NCBI GenBank assembly: GCA_002269645.1
Contig: NIVC01003940.1
Span: 1-64,000, forward strand
Direction of reading: 5' to 3'
Length of the DNA stretch: 64,000 nt
From: Macrostomum lignano
Lineage: Eukaryota
Shown here: one piece after another, positions 48,840-61,904 of the stretch
Layout of the letters: each line of letters begins with the position of its first letter
Numbering within the stretch: position 1 is the stretch's first letter
Notes under the pieces: model-generated
The model's database searches: none
What the model saw: the letters and a program-made list of their open reading frames with translations, nothing else
What the model was told of the DNA's origin: nothing
Translations under genes and position numbers: made by a program

Positions 48840-51585
48840 TAACTATAATTCCAGCTGAAAAAGCAATTGCTGCAGATAAAAGCTGTCTTAGTTAACGGAG
48901 CTGTGCAGAGGAGCGCGCTGATGCAGCAACTTTATAGCCATTTCAAGTTGCCAATTGTGCGCTTCACCCACCCCACAATGTCTCAAGCTCGCAGTAGCTA
49001 CGGAGTAAACATGTTTAGTTACCAAGGTAACTGAGTTTAAATGCTATACCGGACTTCTATAGTCTCAAAATCGAGTGCTAATGCATTCATGAGGTTAGGG
49101 CAGAAGTCGCTGGGAAGTCAAAGAGGCATGTCTCTACGCTCGTGTGCACATTCTTGCATTGACAATCGGCTTCTTCTTCTAGTCCCCCCCCTAGCTGCTG
49201 CCGCTGCAGCACCTCTTTTCGCTGCCGGTAAAATTGCATACTTGACTGCGCTGGGTCAAATCCCACACTAAGAAGTTTTATTCTATCTGCTTTTTGTCAG
49301 TTTTTCTGCGAGGTGGAAGCTTAGCTCCTGTTGTGTTAGAGAGCAATATTGTTCTCACTCCGATCCCTCACTTTCCCTAGCAATCGACAGTCTCTAGAGA
49401 TACTGCAGGGCTTGGTTTGACTTTTTCTCCTGATACATTCCGTGTACCATGTAAGAGCTTCCATATTAGCCTATGCATATAGCTACATGTGTATACGGAT
49501 GCATCGCATATAGTATTGCGTGCACGTAAAGAGGACCACCCCCGGCCAACAAATCGCCCCCACAAAACACCGTCACCATTTTAACTTCTGAAAAACTACA
49601 TGTCAGTGAAAAGAACATGACGTCAACCAAACTTGACGAACGACGCAGAAGCTCAAATTTTGCCGCTCTTTGCATTGAACGTTTGCCTGCATTGGGATCG
49701 TTGCCAAGGGCATGTCCCCAACTAATTCTACAATAGCCTCTGTCCACAAAGACAATTAGACGACATCAAATATCAATTGGCATTCCATTTGCTTAGGGTT
49801 GCGTCACTATAGCTTTTCAATTAATACATGTATTTCTGTGCGTCAGTGCGCGCCACTATAATTTACTAAACTCTTTTTTAATTGCTTATTTTTTGCAATA
49901 AATTTTTATTAGCGGCTCAAATCTTCCAAATAACAAAATCTGAATAATAATGCTAATTTTGAACCCAACAATACGCAACTCGTTTAGGAAAATGTTTAGA
50001 AATACAGTACATAGTAGCAAACAATAATAAACAAAGTAACATGTAGCTCGTACACATGTGAAATAATTGTTTATATCCGCTATTAATTTTTTTTCAGATT
50101 TATGATGCTGTCTAAGAGGACTTGGTATTCTCACGTACCAAATTGTTCACAGTAAGCAATTTCCCGCTAAGCTGTTATATTAAATTATTATGTACGAGAA
50201 TAAATGTAACAATAAATAACATATTTCACTCTAACAAAAATTTTAATTTGAGTTGAGCTATATTAACATCTTCTATCGTTATTATACCCAGACACAGGTT
50301 AGGTTACATTTTAACTGCTTATTATAAAAGAAAATTTTCACGAAGCGACCAGAATTAATGCAAGAAAAATAGCCGTGTAAATAACGATGTGCTCTATATG
50401 CACAGCTTTACCTTCGAGGAAAGTTTTAATTTACCTGAAATGCCTAAAGTTAAAATTTTATACTTAAAATTAAAAGTATAGTCAAGCCCCTAAATTATGA
50501 GCTAAAAAGTTATGCTTCGAAAAATCAAAATGCTTCTGGAATTCTCAAATTCTGGAATCAAAATTGATAAAATATAACAGCCACAGTTTTGGCGTCATTT
50601 TAAACAACAAAAATTGTTGAGGCGTGCACGCATGATGACAGCGTACGCACGACCCGCCGCGGCGTGCATGTCGCCGGCTAATGCACAGCGCAGCTGCAAG
50701 CGAGCTGTTCATGAACTCGACATTTAATGAAAGGACCCTCGACATGTTTGTGAGGTCTTACGAAAAGCAAAAACAAAAACAAACAGATAAATGTCTGACT
50801 CTAAGAACGGACTGTTTGTAGAATAGAATGTAGAGCTGAATCTTTATTCTTTATCTTTACTATAGTATATAGTAGGCCGATGACTATGTAGCATTAACAG
50901 CATATAAAGCGAGAATTAGGGTGGCAGTTTTGCATAGATCTTTTCAAGAGTCAAGACTTCCGAAGGTTATAGAGGTATAAACCCTACCTCTATAGGGTAC
51001 TTTAAGTTTAGTCATTTAATAATACTATAAGTAACTGGGGCTATGGCCTATAAATTTATAATATAGACTATGTCTATAGATATTGTACAACATAGGTATG
51101 ATAGGTCATAGGCATATTCCATATAATTTTTCTTATTATTGCCTATGCAGTAGGTCCCCTATTACATATTGAAAGCATTTAATTTTTTAGAATGTTGGCC
51201 TAACTGGCTAAATTGCTTGAATTTTTTAAACTTGGACATAGCCTTAGATTAGGCCTATGCAATAGGCCTAGCCCTAGGCTTGAATTTCATCCTATTTAAC
51301 TTTCAATTTAAATATTATATTAATTATATCATATATTATAGAGTATAGTAGGCCTAAAGTAAATAGGATATAATATCATATTCTTATTTATTTTTAATTT
51401 TATATAAAGTATATAGCTAGCTAACCTAAGTTAACATATAGATTTGTCTTGCATTTAAAGTAAAATTTTAATAAGTATAAATCATTATCAGACATAGTTC
51501 TAGTTTACTTCGTTATATTATTTCATAATTCTACTTTACTTTGTTATATTAATTTTTCATCATGTATTTTCTTGCATCTGTACTC

Positions 51586-52243
51586 TAGAGCTGTCAAAAT
51601 TAGAGATTTTATTCGAGACGAGATTTGAGACGAAAAAGGCTTATAAGTCAAGAATTTCGAGACAAGACAAGACAAAGTAAATCTAAAAAATATATTTCAG
51701 AATTGCATCTTGTCTTGCTCTTATCTTGCCTTATCTTGTCTTAAATGTCTTGATAAGATACAATTCTAAAATATATTTTTTTAGATTTTGCAGAATACTT
51801 TCTTAATTCTAGTTTAAATTCTTTGCTATTTATTCATAAGAATTTATGCTTGTAACATATAGGCCCTTGGCCCTACTATGTCTATTACTAATTCGTCAAA
51901 AAAGACCTGTGTAGATTGTCTTCAAGTGTGCTATGATACACCTTGCTGTAGAACTGAAATGATAACTAAAAGAACGCATATGCAATGCAAACTTGTATAT
52001 AACGATGTTCGTTAAATAATTGCTTGATATTGGCTAGATTTTACCATTTGAAAATTGCCCTATCAAGCGTGTTACAACAAACAACAACAATCTTATCACT
52101 TAAAAGCTTTTGAAAAAAGGTATCAGAAAAATTCTTGAATCTCGTCTCGAATTTCTTGACAAAATTCGAGATTTCTTGAGACGAGAAAAAATGTCGAGAT
52201 CTTGTCTCGAATCTTGTCTCTTCAAGATCTCGTGACAGCTCTA
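51586..52243. mobile_element. hAT-type MITE (658 bp)
   Basis: TIR TAGAGCTGTCA...TGACAGCTCTA; exact 8-bp TSD CTGTACTC (51578-51585, 52244-52251); subterminal GAGAC/GTCTC and GACAA repeats. Confidence 0.9.
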
Positions 52244-54036
52244 CTGTACTCCTACCACAACCCTTTGAGCAACGCACTTTTCAAGGCCCATCTCGAGAAG
52301 TATATCTGGCGCGGCATGTACTATAATAACCCCTTTGGCGCCATGCTGTACTGGGCCTTTGTTTATTATCCTGTTTAGGACTTGACTTGACCTTGAACCT
52401 GAAATTGATAGAAGAAATAATTTAACAAAAGGCAGAATAATATAATGAAGTAAACTAGAACTATGCCCATTATCAAATTAAACTTATTTATTTGCTTATT
52501 AATAGTGTAGGACCTAGGTTTTGTGCTAAATTTCCACTTTCTAGGTTGTTAGTTGCCAATATAGCACCTTTTTGGAATACAATTTCAGATCTTGCAAACA
52601 TGTAGCATAGATTTATAAACATGCTTAGACATAGTAAATGTTATACATCCCTATTGTAGTGCATGACTTAGATATGCCGGATGCCTACCTTAACTATACC
52701 ACAGTAGCATGGTAGTTGATAGATAGAGAGAAGTACTTTGCTTTTTAGCTTTTTTTGTCTCTTGCTGTTTTCTTATACTATGCTAGGCCTCCTGCTGCTT
52801 TGCCATGCTGCACTGTGCTAGGCTAATCCACACTAGATGCTATCTATCAAAATGCCGATGCATTGCAATTGGGTTATATATGAATAAGGCCTATAACTAA
52901 TTTTGCAATAGTGCTACATAGCACTAAAATTAAGCAACTTGTATATTGGAAATTTGTACATAGTATTTATACATGCAGTTATTCAAGTAAATATGATAAT
53001 TGCTATTGCCAAAATGTTTATTTGTTATTCTTGGATGCAACCTAGGGATTTACCTGGCCATTTCTATTGGTAACACACACATAAGTCACTATTGGATAGA
53101 AGAGTAGTCACGTGACTGCTCTTAGCCAATAGCAACTTACATGTATATTTTGCCAATAGAAATGGCCAAATAATTTTCAAGGTTGCGCATGTATGTTATT
53201 TGTCACAAAATTATTGCCAAAATGTCTTTAAAATGCCTTATATGCCTATCTGGAAAAAAATATATACCTAGTACTACATAGATGATAAAGCATTTAGCTT
53301 TATTAATAAAGTCATTACTCTTGCCATTTACCCAAAATTACATTAGTTTTTACTTTGGTTTCTTTTATAGGTAAGTCACAATTTTGTTAAAATGTTGTAT
53401 AGCTAGTATAAATATGGGGATAGCACATAACCATAAACATTTATTAATAATAATAATAATAACAGGGCCTAGACAAAATAGACTATCAAACTTTCTTAAC
53501 AATTATATTGTTACGTTAGTTAAGCTTATAAGTATTAATAGATAAGCCTAGCCTTTCTTTTTTTAAATAAATTTAAATTTCTACCTAGAACTAGGCCTGA
53601 GACAAGGCTACAAATGAAAAAACTATATGAAATAATTTTATATACTTTGCTATAACTCTTTGTTTGTCTTTTTTCCAAACCTAAATGTTTGATAAAGATT
53701 TTTGGGCTCTTATACAAGTTAATTTAGATATATTTTAGAGGCATTTAGGTACATATTATTGTTTGCTATATGTTGCAATTGAAATGTAACTGCTTCCAAT
53801 TTATACTCTCCTTCCTTACTTGCAACCTTCCTAGTTTACACCAGCCATGAAATATCAGTAGTGTTTGCTTGTTTTGACTTGTGGTCTCTTTGCCTAGCCA
53901 TCCATATATACTGTACCATGTTGTGATGTTTCCATTTCATGCCAACAAACTAGAGTTCTCAAGGCCGAACTGAAAGCTATTAATTATCGTGTGTCAAGCA
54001 AAGTTTAGACAATAAAATCGATAATCGGCTCACTCT

Positions 54037-57000
54037 ATGCCATTGCCAATTGGACGATTCTCTTTGACCAACGTTGCCCGACTTTATCAACTACCGAGGC
54101 TACTGCAAGTGCAGCACAATCTCAGAGCGGCAATGTCCTCCTCACCTGGATACCTAATTAATGAGCCTAAGTATGCTTGGCTGAAAGATCTTGGACTAGA
54201 GGTTAGTAATCAATATTTAAGTACACTGTGTACTGAATTGTTGTTATTATTAAGCTTGAAATTTATGTTTTTATGGTAACTTAGAGCATACATGCGCAAC
54301 CTCCGAAATTCGGTCGGCCATGCGACTTAGTTTTAACAAAAATGCGACGTAGTTTTTGGCCAAAAATGCGACTTACATGTAAAAAAACCCTAAAGCAAAA
54401 TTAACGCAACTTTAGGTAAACGGCAGGAGTAACTATGACTGTGTTATTAATCCAAAATGCCTCGTCAGCTACTTAGTACTACTATTTGGTTATTTTTTCG
54501 GGTGGGCATTTTTGCGACTTCCTTGGTTGGCCGCCAAATCGGTCGGCCGGATCGGCCGACTCGGCCGACTGTTGCGCATGTATGACTTAGAGGGCCAACC
54601 CTTAAGGCACAGAGGGTGTACATGCCTGATGATTTGGAAATTCAGTATTGTTGCAATTAGTGACGCAAAGTCATTAACAATGGTCTCAGCAAGTGTAGAA
54701 CCCTCTGCAAACAATAACTTGTGCACTCCATATTCGCAGGAAGTCAACAAAGGAGTGTACAGCGGCGGCGCCTGGAGCGGCAGCGGCAATCGGATTGACT
54801 CCATCTGTCCGGCTAATGGTAGAAAAATTGCCTCAGTAGTTGAAGGCACCCCGGAAGATTATAACAAACTGATTGAGGCGGCCCGGGCCGCTTGGCCAGC
54901 CTGGGCGGAGACCACGCCACCGGCTAGGGGAGAGATTGTTCGCCAGATTGGCGACAATCTGCGCAAAAATCTGCAACTACTTGGCAAGCTGGTGTCGCTT
55001 GAAATGGGAAAAATTCTGCCCGAAGGGGTGGGCGAAGTGCAGGAAGTTGTTGACATTTGCGATTACGGTGTTGGATTGTCCAGGACGTTGAGCGGCCAGG
55101 TGAGGACCATCTGAAGGACCTGGCGGTTCTAAGGACCTGTTGGCGTTGGCGTTTTGAGGACCTAGTGGGGATCTGAGGACCTAGTGGGGTCCTGAGGATC
55201 TAGTAGGGTCCTGTCCGGAGGACGTAGTGGGTCCTGACCTGAGGACGTAGTGGAGTCCTGACCTGAGGACGTAGTGGGGTCCTGACCTGAGGACGTAGTG
55301 GGGTCCTGAGAACCTATTGGGGTCCTGACCTGAGGACCTAGTGAAGTCCTGACCTGAGGACGTAGTGGGGTCCTGGGAACCTATTGGGGTCCTGACCTGA
55401 GGACCTATTGGGGTCCTGACCTGAGGACCTATTGGGGTCCTGACCTGAGGACCTAGTGAAGTCCTGACCTGAGGACCTAGTGGGGTCCTGTCCTGAGGAC
55501 GTAGTGGGGTCCTGACCTGAGGACGTAGTGGGGTCCTTACCTGAGGACCTATTGGGGTCCTGACCTGAGGACGTAGTGGGGTCCTGGGGACCTAGTGGGG
55601 TCCTGACCTGAGGACGTAGTGGGTTCCTGGGGACCTAGTGGGGTCCTGACCTGAGGACGTAGTGGGGTCCTGACCTGAGGACCTATTGGGGTCCTGACCT
55701 GAGGATCTAGTGGGGTCCTGAGGACCTAGTGGGGTCCTGACCTGAGGACGTAGTGGGGTCCTGACCTGAGGACCTATTGGGGTCCTGACCTGAGGATCTA
55801 GTGGGGTCCTGAGGACCTAGTGGGGTCCTGACCTGAAGACCTAGTGGGATTCTGAGGACCTGGCGGGGTTCTAAAAACCAACTGACCACCTGGGGATGTT
55901 TCGGGTTCAGTAGAGTGCTAAATGAATGATCAGATAGGAACTGTAATTAATTAGTTATTATTATACAGTAATGTCTCAGATAGAGTAGGAGTAATATGAA
56001 TCAGTTAAAACTTTAATGCATCACATCGTTCTTGCAGGCAGCTTAATACTAGATGGTCAGTTGGTTTCGTTGAATTTTAAAACATACCACAAAGCGAAAT
56101 AAAATTTCAAGGTGGTTACCTAGCAAATCTGTGGGGGTTAGATGGGTGAATATCTTAGAAGCAGACTGCTGTACAGTGGGTGTGGTCTATTACCCGAGTT
56201 TGTGTATAGCAGCAAGCGTTGGAAAGAAACTCGCTTTTCTTTCCGGTCGAAAATTTCTCTTACCCCACAGTGCTAGCGGTTGTGTCCAGGGCGGTTGAAA
56301 TACCGAGCGTACACTGCAGGCCCTGGGGTTTTCAGTGACGAATGCCCGAAAGAAGGTTGATAAGCCATCTGAAAACGAATTAAAGTACTCGTTGGTAGTC
56401 AAAACAGTTTACGCAACAAACTACTTTCTTATCATTTATCAGTAGTATGCTGTGATTAAAATTTGAGTTTTTGTGCAGAACTAATTAGGTGACGAGGCGT
56501 TAAAGCATTTACTCCCGAATTAAACGACTAGTAATCAGTGTACTAATTAGATGACGAGGCGGTGCCATAGTCATGTTTACTCCCGCCTTTTACCCAGTAA
56601 AAGAGCACAATAAATGCATTGAATTTTACCAGGTGCTACCATCCGAGCGGCCCAATCACTCTCTAATGGAAGTGTGGAATCCACTGGGCGTCATCGGAGT
56701 CATCACCGCTTTCAACTTTCCCTGTGCCGTGTTTGGCTGGAACTTCAGCCTGTCAGCCGTGTGCGGCAATTGCACAGTGTGGAAGGGCGCCCCCAGCACG
56801 CCGCTGACTACCCTGGCTGTCACCAGAGTTGTAGCTGAAGTGTTCGAACGGAATGGCGTCCCGCCCGGCGTCCTGTCAGCCATCTGCGCCGGGGCCGACG
56901 TTGGAGCCGCGATGGCGGCTGACGAGCGACTGCCACTGGTGTCCTTTACCGGCAGCTGCGCCGTAGGGCGCGAGGTCAGGCTGCGCGGGGTTAAGGATGC

Positions 57001-57925
57001 CAAACTGGGGGGGGGAGGTCAAGGGTCTCAAACTTGGGTGGGGAGGTCAAGGGTGCCAAACTTGGGTGGGGAGGTCAAGGGTGCCAAACTTGGGTAAGGA
57101 GGTCAATGGTGCCAAACTGGGGATGGGGGTCAGAGGTGCCAAATTCAGGGGGCTCAGGGTGCCAAAAGGGGGGGTTAAGGGTGTTAAGCTTGGAAGGGAG
57201 GTCAAAGGTGCCTAACTTGAGTGGAGGTCAATGGTGCCTATCTTGGGAGGAGGTCAAGGGTGCCAAACTGGGGGGGGGGGTCAGGGTGCCAAACTCGGAA
57301 GGTCAAGAGTACCAAACTTAGAGGGGGGGGTCAAAAATGCCAAACTCGATGGAGTCAACGGTGTCAAACGTAAGGGGAGGTCAAGGGTGCCAAACTTGAG
57401 GGGGAGATCAAGAGTGCCAAATTCAGGGAGGGGTCAGGCAAGCTTTAGAGGGGTGCAATGCAAAACTTTAAGGGGGTCAGGGTGCCAAACTTCAGGGGAG
57501 GTCAAGGGTGCCAAACTTCAGGGGAGGTCAAGGGTGCCAAACTGTAGCTAAACTGGTTCAGCTGTGCCAATTTTTTCTCATTAAATATGGCCAGATTGCT
57601 AATAATGCGCCCCTCAGGTTGCGGTGACTGTGGCTGGCAGATTCGGCCGCAGTCTGCTCGAACTGGGCGGCAACAATGCCATCCTGGTGAACGCCGATGC
57701 GGATCTGGACATGGTTGTGCAGTCAGCCGTCTTCGCCTGCGCCGGCACCGCCGGTCAGCGCTGCACCTCAACCAGGCGGCTGGTGTTGCACAGCTCCTTG
57801 CACGATCAGGTCGTATCCCGGCTGGGCAAGGCGCTGGAGTCGCTCATGGCCAAGGCTGGCGATCCTGTTGAACAGGGCGTGCTGTACGGCCCGCTACACT
57901 CGCCTGCCTCCGTGGAAAAGTGAGT

Positions 57926-57972
<47 letters not shown>

Positions 57973-58094
57973 TTCTGTCTGACTGTCTGTCTGTCTGTCT
58001 GTCTTTCTGTCTTTCTGCAGTCTGTCTGTCTGTCTGTCTTTCTGTCTCAGTGTCTGTCTGTCTTTCTGTCTGTCTGTCTGTCTGTCTGTCTCAG

Positions 58095-58146
<52 letters not shown>

Positions 58147-58279
58147 AGGGTGTCTGTCTGTCTGTCTTTCTGTCTTTCTGTCTGTCTGCAGTCTGTCTGT
58201 CTGTCTGTCTGTCTGTCTCAGTGTCTGTCTGTCTTTCTGTCTGTCTGTCTGTCTGTCTGTCTCAGTGTCTGTCTGTCTT

Positions 58280-58318
<39 letters not shown>

Positions 58319-58321
58319 CAG

Positions 58322-58354
<33 letters not shown>

Positions 58355-58391
58355 CAGTGTCTGTCTGTCTGTCTCAGTGTCTGTCTGTCTT

Positions 58392-58441
<50 letters not shown>

Positions 58442-59916
58442 AGGGTGTCTGTCTGTCAATTTGTCAGTCTGTCCATCAGTCCATATCTACCACCGCGCAC
58501 CAGATACGAGTCGGCACTCGGCAGTGGCCCGGGCCCAGGCGGAGGGCGGCCAGATCGTGTTCGGCGGCAAGCGAATCGCTCGGCTGTCCAGCAGCGGCGG
58601 CTACTTCGTCGAGCCGACCCTGATCACCGGGCTGAAGCCGGACTCGCCGCTGGTGCAAGAGAAGACTTTCGCTCCGATTGTGTACGCGCTCAAGTGCGAC
58701 TCGCTTGACGAGGCTATTCGGATTAATAATTCGGTAAATTTTTTGTTTACTATCTGCGCTTATTTACTATGGACTACTGATTTCACTGGTAGAATTTGAT
58801 AGACTCAAATCTCAAGTGGAAATAGTTAGAGATTAATTGGGATGCAGTGAGGTGAATGCACATTAGAAAGTGAGAATATTAGAACAGGAAGTTTAATTTG
58901 GTCGAGTGAGATTGGAAGAGAATGAGATTGGTAGGGAGTGAGATTGGTAGTGTGAGATGGGTAGAGTGAGAATATACGAGGTAGAGTGTGAGATTGGTGG
59001 AGAGTGTGATTTTGGTAGAGAGTGTGATTTTGGTAGAGAGTGTGATTTTGGTAGACTGAGATTGGTAGAGTATGAGATTATAGTAGAGTGTGAGATTAGT
59101 ATAGTGTGAGATTAGTGGAGTGTGAGATTGGTACAGTGAGATTAGTGGAGTGTGAGATTGGTAGAGAGTGAGATTGGTACAGTGAGATTGGTAGAGAGTG
59201 AGATTGGTAAGGAGGAGATTGGTTGAGTGAGATTGGTAGAGTGAGATTGGTTGAGTGAGATTGGTAGAGAGTGAGATTGGTTGTGTGAGATTGGTAGAGT
59301 GAGATTGGTTGAGTGAGATTGGTTGAGTGAGATTGGTTGAGTGAGATTGGTTGAGAGAGATTGGTTGAGTGAGATTGGTTGAGTGAGATTAGTAGAGTGA
59401 GATTGGTTGAGTGAGATTGGTAGAGAGTGAGATTGGTTGAGTGAGATTAGTAGAGTGAGATTGGTTGAGTGAGATTGGTTGAGTGAGATTGGTTGAGTGA
59501 GATTAGTAGAGTGAGATTGGTTGAGTGAGATTGGTAGAGAGTGAGATTGGTTGAGTGAGATTGGTTGAGTAAGATTGTTTGAGTGAGATTGGTAGAGTGA
59601 GATTACCAGTAGCAGATCTCCAGCCTCAGCCGCTAAACTCCCTCAGGTGAAGCAGGGCCTGTCATCCAGTTTATTCACCCGGGACCTCAGCAACCTGTTC
59701 CGCTGGATCGGGCCTCGCGGCTCCGACTGCGGCCTCGTCAACGTCAATATACCGACGTCTGGCGCCGAGATTGGCGGCGCTTTCGGCGGCGAGAAGCACA
59801 CTGGCGGAGGCCGGGAGTCTGGCAGCGACGCGTGGAAGCAGTACATGCGACGGAGCACCTGCACTATCAACTATGGCAAGGACCTGCCGCTGGCTCAGGG
59901 CATCAAGTTTGAGTAG
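54037..59916 (+). CDS. ALDH7A1: Aldehyde dehydrogenase 7A1 (antiquitin); exons 54037-54201, 54740-55099, 56633-56974, 57618-57919, 58504-58733, 59647-59916
   Basis: [155 protein letters not shown]. Canonical GT-AG junctions; apparent 7-nt frameshift at 58517-58523. Confidence 0.95.
54287..54584. mobile_element. 298-bp MITE (hAT or P superfamily) in ALDH7A1 intron 1
   Basis: 14-bp perfect TIR CATACATGCGCAAC/GTTGCGCATGTATG; exact 8-bp TSD ACTTAGAG (54279-54286, 54585-54592); subterminal ATGCGAC and TCGGCCG repeats. Confidence 0.9.
55100..55865. repeat. ~24-bp satellite CTGAGGACCTAGTGGGGTCCTGAC in ALDH7A1 intron 2
   Basis: Tandem units with an internal inverted repeat (AGGAC...GTCCT). Confidence 0.95.
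56975..57545. repeat. ~24-bp G-rich satellite GGGGAGGTCAAGGGTGCCAAACTT in ALDH7A1 intron 3
   Basis: Diverged tandem units. Confidence 0.9.
57927..58460. repeat. (CTGT)n microsatellite in ALDH7A1 intron 4
   Basis: Seen directly in the sequence. Confidence 0.97.
58900..59605. repeat. ~14-16 bp satellite GAGTGAGATTGGTT/A in ALDH7A1 intron 5
   Basis: Tandem units. Confidence 0.93.
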
Positions 59917-60164
59917 GCTGGCTTCTAGCTCGTAGTTTTGCTGCGCGTTCAATATCGTCAAGTTGTTTGATGGATTGAATTCAATTTTTGACTGGCTTCG
60001 ATTTTTTGTGTAAGGAAATCTTTGTTTACATTTTTTACAATACGATCGTATTCTGCCTATACTACTATCGAATTCAGGGTTGCTTCATCTTAATCAATGT
60101 AAGTGTTAAAACATTTCCTCATATAAATCAGCTTTTCTCCCATCCCAAACTTTTCATATCTAAT

Positions 60165-60400
60165 CGCCCCTGTTCCCGTATCTAATCTCCCCTGTTCCCG
60201 TATCTAATCTCCCCTATTCCCGTATCTAATCTCCCCTGTTCCCGTATCTAATCTCCCTGTTCCCGTATCTAATCTCCCCTGTTCCCGTATCTAATCTCCC
60301 CTGTTCCCGTATCTAATCTCCCCTGTTCCCGTATCTAATCTCCCCTGTTCCCGTATCTAATCTCCCCTGTTCCCGTATCTAATCTCCCCTGTTCCCAATA
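60165..60400. repeat. 22-bp minisatellite CCCCTGTTCCCGTATCTAATCT (~10 copies)
   Basis: Near-perfect tandem units. Confidence 0.95.
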
Positions 60401-60929
60401 ATCTAATCCAATCTGATATATCCAATATGAACAAAAATAGTTCTTCCCATTATTTCGTGTATTAATTATGAACAATTGTCCGGTCAATCATAATGCCATG
60501 TTTATCACACCATTGTCATTCGCTTCCCTGCATCGGTGATCGAAATCAATTATTTATTATTTTCTCCATAAAACTAATTTTTCAATTTCATTTTTTCTAC
60601 AAGCATCGCATGTTATGCATTATCTAACCTTTAGCTTACTACTTTGAATTTAGCTAATTAGTAGTATGTAGACTAACCCGATAGCTAATTCACAATATTT
60701 TCATAAGCACGAGCGGTTGTTATTTTCGCAAATTATTTTATATGGTTCTGTATGCCAATAAGAAACGTATATCATTTTGAGTAATATATTTCTACCAATA
60801 CTGATAATAAAGTTGAACTCATTCTTGCATGCTTTTCTGCTCAGTTAAAAAGCAAACTGCAATTCCGCGTTGTCTTCATTTCTATCGGTTCGCTTCGTTT
60901 AGTTGTCACGAAAGATTTGTGAGGCCCGC

Positions 60930-61730
60930 TTGCCCTCTTCCCTTCCCCTCTTCCCTTCCTCTCTTCCCTTCCCCTCTTCTCTTCCCCTCTTCCCTTCCCC
61001 TCTTCTCTTGCCCTCTTCTCTTCCTCTCTTCTCTTCCCCTCTTCCCTTCCCCTCTTCTCTTGCCACCTCTTCCCCTCTTCTCTTCCCCTCTTCTCTTCCC
61101 CTCTTCTCTTGCCCTCTTCTCTTCCCCTCTTCCCTTCCCCTCTTCCCTTCCCCTCTTCCCTTCCCTCTTCTCTTCCCCTCTTCCCTTCCCCTCTTCTCTT
61201 GCCCTCTTCTCTTCCTCTCTTCTCTTCCCCTCTTCCCTTCCCCTCTTCTCTTGCCACCTCTTCCCCTCTTCTCTTCCCCTCTTCTCTTGCCCTCTTCTCT
61301 TGCCCTCTTCTCTTCCCCTCTTCTCTTCCCCTCTTCTCTTGCCCTCTTCTCTTCCCCTCTTCTCTTCCCCTCTTCTCTTGCCCTCTTCTCTTCCCCTCTT
61401 CTCTTGCCCTCTTCTCTTCCTCTCTTCTCTTCCCCTCTTCCCTTCCCCTCTTCTCTTGCCCTCTTCCCTTCCCCTCTTCTCTTGCCCTCTTCTCTTCCTC
61501 TCTTCTCTTCCCCTCTTCTCTTGCCCTCTACTCTTGCCCTCTTCTCTTCCCCTCTTTCTTCTCTTCCCCTCTTTCTTCTCTTCCCCTCTTTCTTCTCTTC
61601 CCCTCTTTCTTCTCTTCCCCTCTTCTCTTCCCCCTCTCTTCCCCTCTTCTCTTGCCCCCTTCTCTTGCCATCTTCTATTCCCCTCTTCTCTTGCCCTCTA
61701 CTCTTGCCCTCTTCTCTTGCCCTCTTCTTC
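60930..61730. repeat. Polypyrimidine/polypurine tract (CTCTTCCCCTCTT-type repeats)
   Basis: About 800 bp, almost all C/T on the plus strand. Confidence 0.97.
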
Positions 61731-61904
61731 CCCAAGTATTCATCAAATGCGCAACTTAACCGAAATATCTGGGGTCCGTTTTCAATCTGTCTTCCCCTTA
61801 CCTACTGCAGACTAATTTTACTGAAAATAGGCAGTTCTTGAAGACCCAGTTTTTCTGTAGTTAAAATGCAACACTTCTTTAATTTCTCTTTCAAGACTTT
61901 GGAA

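Noticed and set aside
60829-61841. PSSLPLF / GREEGKRR repeat ORFs
   Set aside because: Artefacts of the CT/GA tract.
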